A stretch of DNA of 64,000 nt from Macrostomum lignano. Taxonomy: Eukaryota. Of this stretch, positions 61,142 through 64,000 are shown piece after piece. Position numbers and translations under genes: made by a program. The notes below the pieces were generated by a model. That model did no database searches. It was not told the origin of the DNA and saw only the letters and a list, made by a program, of their open reading frames with translations. Within the stretch, counting starts at the first letter, position 1, and every line of letters starts with the position of its first letter. The stretch lies in NCBI GenBank assembly GCA_002269645.1, contig NIVC01000230.1:310001-374000 (forward strand), in the 5' to 3' direction.

Positions 61142-61329
61142 CAGTAGCGCAACCAGAAATTTTTCAAGGGGGGGGGCGGATTCTGAGGGTAAAGTCCCGG
61201 GAGGGGGGGGGCGGCGGAGGGGTGGCTCTGTTTTTGGCGAAAATTCGCTTGGTCCCCCCTTTGATTTTTTTTCGGTCCCCCGCCTAAGGGGGGCGACCGC
61301 CCCCCCCGCCCCCCCTGGTTGCGCCACTG
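61142..61329 (+). mobile_element. Intact hAT-like MITE, 188 bp
   Basis: TIRs CAGTAGCGCAACCAG / CTGGTTGCGCCACTG and perfect 8-bp TSD GAAGCTAT (61134-61141 / 61330-61337). Confidence 0.9.
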
Positions 61330-63629
61330 GAAGCTATACATGTACATGTGATATACTACTATAGGTGGGCTCACTTATTGACGCGATGGCTAATGTTATG
61401 AACTTGTTTTCAAAGGCTTCTTGTTTTTATTGCAACAGCTGCATGGGTATGTACAATTAAATCACGTTGCAAAAATTTAATAAAAAAAGCAGGCTATAGG
61501 GGTTATAGTGTTAAACCAATTACTGGCGCCAACAGCGTCTAACCAATTTGTGGCGCTGCCAACAGTGTCCAACCAATTTGTGGAGCCAATAAGTAACTAT
61601 ATATGATGGGTTTCGACCTTCCGGCCCCCTTGTGGGGAAGCTTTCGGGCCTCAGGTCTCAGAAATAAATCAATTAGAGTCCTGGCCCCCCACTCCTGTCA
61701 GATGGTCAGCCCCATGGTAGCTTGATCGTGTGGCGAGCAGTCTAGGTCCTATAGCTAAGAGAGGGACAGCGAGAGACGAGCAGGGAGAATTTTGAAGGTA
61801 GAAATTAGCTAATCCGCAGATTAGCTAACTCGCTGCCACCAGCCCGTGCGCCCTGGCTCACCACACCGGGACTCTCGAAATCGGGCTTCCGACTAGAAGG
61901 GGCTTTGCACTTACCTGCCAACTACATGTAGTGTCATGTCTATCTACATGTCTATCTCGAAGTCATAGCCGATGATAAGGGACACTGCTGGGACTAGATC
62001 GCATTGGCCATGCAGGTACAGAGGGGACTTGTGCAGGGGATTCTTGCAGTGGCGAGACTATGGGGTAGCTACATGTACTATTACATTGCTAAATACGAAG
62101 AATTGTACTTTTGGCCTTCGACGCGCCAACTAGCCTCTCATAGCGCTGATGATAGACTAACTCGAACTTCAGAGACCGCATGATTCATTACCCGAGCCGC
62201 TTGGCGAACCTAGAGTGCACAGAGTACATCTGGCGCCGATTCTGCACTCCTGGCAGCTTCGCTAACTGATTTGATAGATTGATCGACTGAGAACTGCCTT
62301 GCCATTGGTCCACTGTGACCGGCGCCTACTAGCTTAGCTACTCATCTGAGCCATCGGCGAACAAAGAAATAAAACCGATAAAAATGACTGTTAGATTTAA
62401 CAGCTTCTCCCTCAGATCACTTCACACCTCAGATTGAATTGGAGTTTAGACTACTAGCAGTATTATTGAATGATTTCTGCCTCAGTAACAGCACTACTGA
62501 ACAGAATGAGCAAAAGTGTGCGCCCAATTCAGCTACTGAAACAGGGGATCCAGATAAGGGATCACCCAACCAAGCAAGTCTAGATAGCCTCTCACTCAAC
62601 CAATCAGAAACTCAACAGCCGGAGACCAGGAAATCCACAGTGACCGAATCGGCTTGAAGCTTCGCAGCTGTATACTCGGGATGATGCTGTCACAGTCTTC
62701 GCAGATTAGCTAGCAGGTGATGATCTTAACTTTGATGTTCGCTGCTGATGACCGCGGGGGACTCGTCCTTGGATGATGAGGGGGGAAGTCGCAATCCGGG
62801 GATCAAGAAACGACGGTCGGGCTCCGGGAACCAGAAATGTCGGGAAGGTTCCTCCGCGGGACAGCCGGTTGAGGTCCGAGCGGGCCAAAAACACCGGTTT
62901 AAATAGCCGCCAACTGGACCACAGTTTGTTATAATGGAACACGTCGATTCTGATTGGCTGAGCCGTTTTGTTAAAATGAGCGCCGAATTTTCTGATTGGC
63001 TAAGCTTGTTGCTTGCTTGAGCAGAATCACGTGACCGGGAGATCCTATCAGTTCCCACAGGGTCGTAAAAAGATGACAGGTGCGGTCATAAATGAATTTA
63101 AAAAAGCAACAAAATGATTTATGACTTTTTGCGTAGGATTGACAGAAATTAATGAAAAAATATACATTAGAAAGCTCTTATTAAATAGAAAGTGAAGATA
63201 ATAATGAGAAATCACTAATCGCTAATCCCAAGGTACTCTTAGGGGTAAAACGCATAGCTATCAAAGCTGTCACACGCTTGAGTGAACACGAACAATAGGC
63301 TCTGACCTCATAAATCTTGATGGCCTGTCAAAATGATGAGAAAAAAGCTACCGCCCGCATCCTCTCAGACCATCTGGCGCCCGCCTCAACACTGAGTGAG
63401 GCGCAGGTGGCTGTCAGACCACAGCTTCGAAAGCGATGATTTATGACCCAAAAAGCTGCGCCTATGTTATTATGACTACTAGTATGACCAAACATATCTA
63501 GTATAGATTCTATGACAATTCGCAGAAAAAGGATAAAAATGCCCATAGCCTGCTGTTAGTAGGCTAGTAAGTTTAGAGCCCATGTGCTAGCGCGGGATTT
63601 GGAAAAAAAGTGCGTCCTCATCATATACA

Positions 63630-63815
63630 TGTATAACCAATTTGTGGCGCCAATAAGTATCTATATAACCAATTTGTGGCGCCAATAAAATGTCTATAAC
63701 CAATTTGCGGCGTCAATAAAATGTCTATAACCAATTTGTGGCGCCAATAAAATGTCTATAACCAATTTGTGTTGCCAATAAAGTGTCCAGAACCAATTTG
63801 TATCGCCAATAAAAT
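63630..63815. repeat. 31-bp tandem repeat (ataaccaatttgtggcgccaataaaatgtct); related copies at about 61515-61600
   Basis: About 6 copies. Confidence 0.9.
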
Positions 63816-64000
63816 TATCCTCAGATTAAGACGTAATCGTGTTATTCTACTACACTGCATTAAGTCAGTAGTAAAATTGTCAATCGAAAGAAAAGAAATA
63901 ATTGAGAACCGAAAAAAGTATCTTACATATATTTTTTTGTTTCACAATTTGTTCAAGTTTACAAGTCTTTGATCGCATCAGTACTTGTCCTGTAGAGAAA

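Noticed and set aside
61610-61665. Hairpin-rich segment with GAAA motifs on the minus strand (ribozyme candidate)
   Set aside because: Core reads CUGA-GA without N7 and no stem I/III pairing was found

Overview
Repeat-rich eukaryotic (animal-like) genomic DNA with GT-AG spliced genes. The style (GC/Ala-rich exons, minisatellite-filled introns) is reminiscent of flatworms such as Macrostomum, but that is inference only. Host genes: a lin-9 (MuvB/DREAM) orthologue, an intronless RhoGAP, an ankyrin-repeat + MAP3K-like kinase, a second ankyrin gene, an AAC4-like protein, an orphan two-exon gene, a U6 snRNA and two tRNAs. Mobile DNA dominates: a CACTA/EnSpm-type transposase head-to-head with a DUF4806-like gene, and decayed piggyBac and non-LTR fragments. 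A P-superfamily element (8-bp TSD) sits inside the ankyrin-kinase coding exon and could be removed by in-frame splicing. A hAT-like MITE family has one copy expanded into a minisatellite. An 8-kb nested structure has a Foldback/MULE-like shell (9-bp TSD) enclosing a 7-kb TIR element whose DDD transposase carries a C-terminal PHD finger, plus a 94-bp P-family micro-MITE. Most long ORFs in the ORF track are artefacts of tandem repeats. All family calls come from motif recognition by eye; no searches were run.
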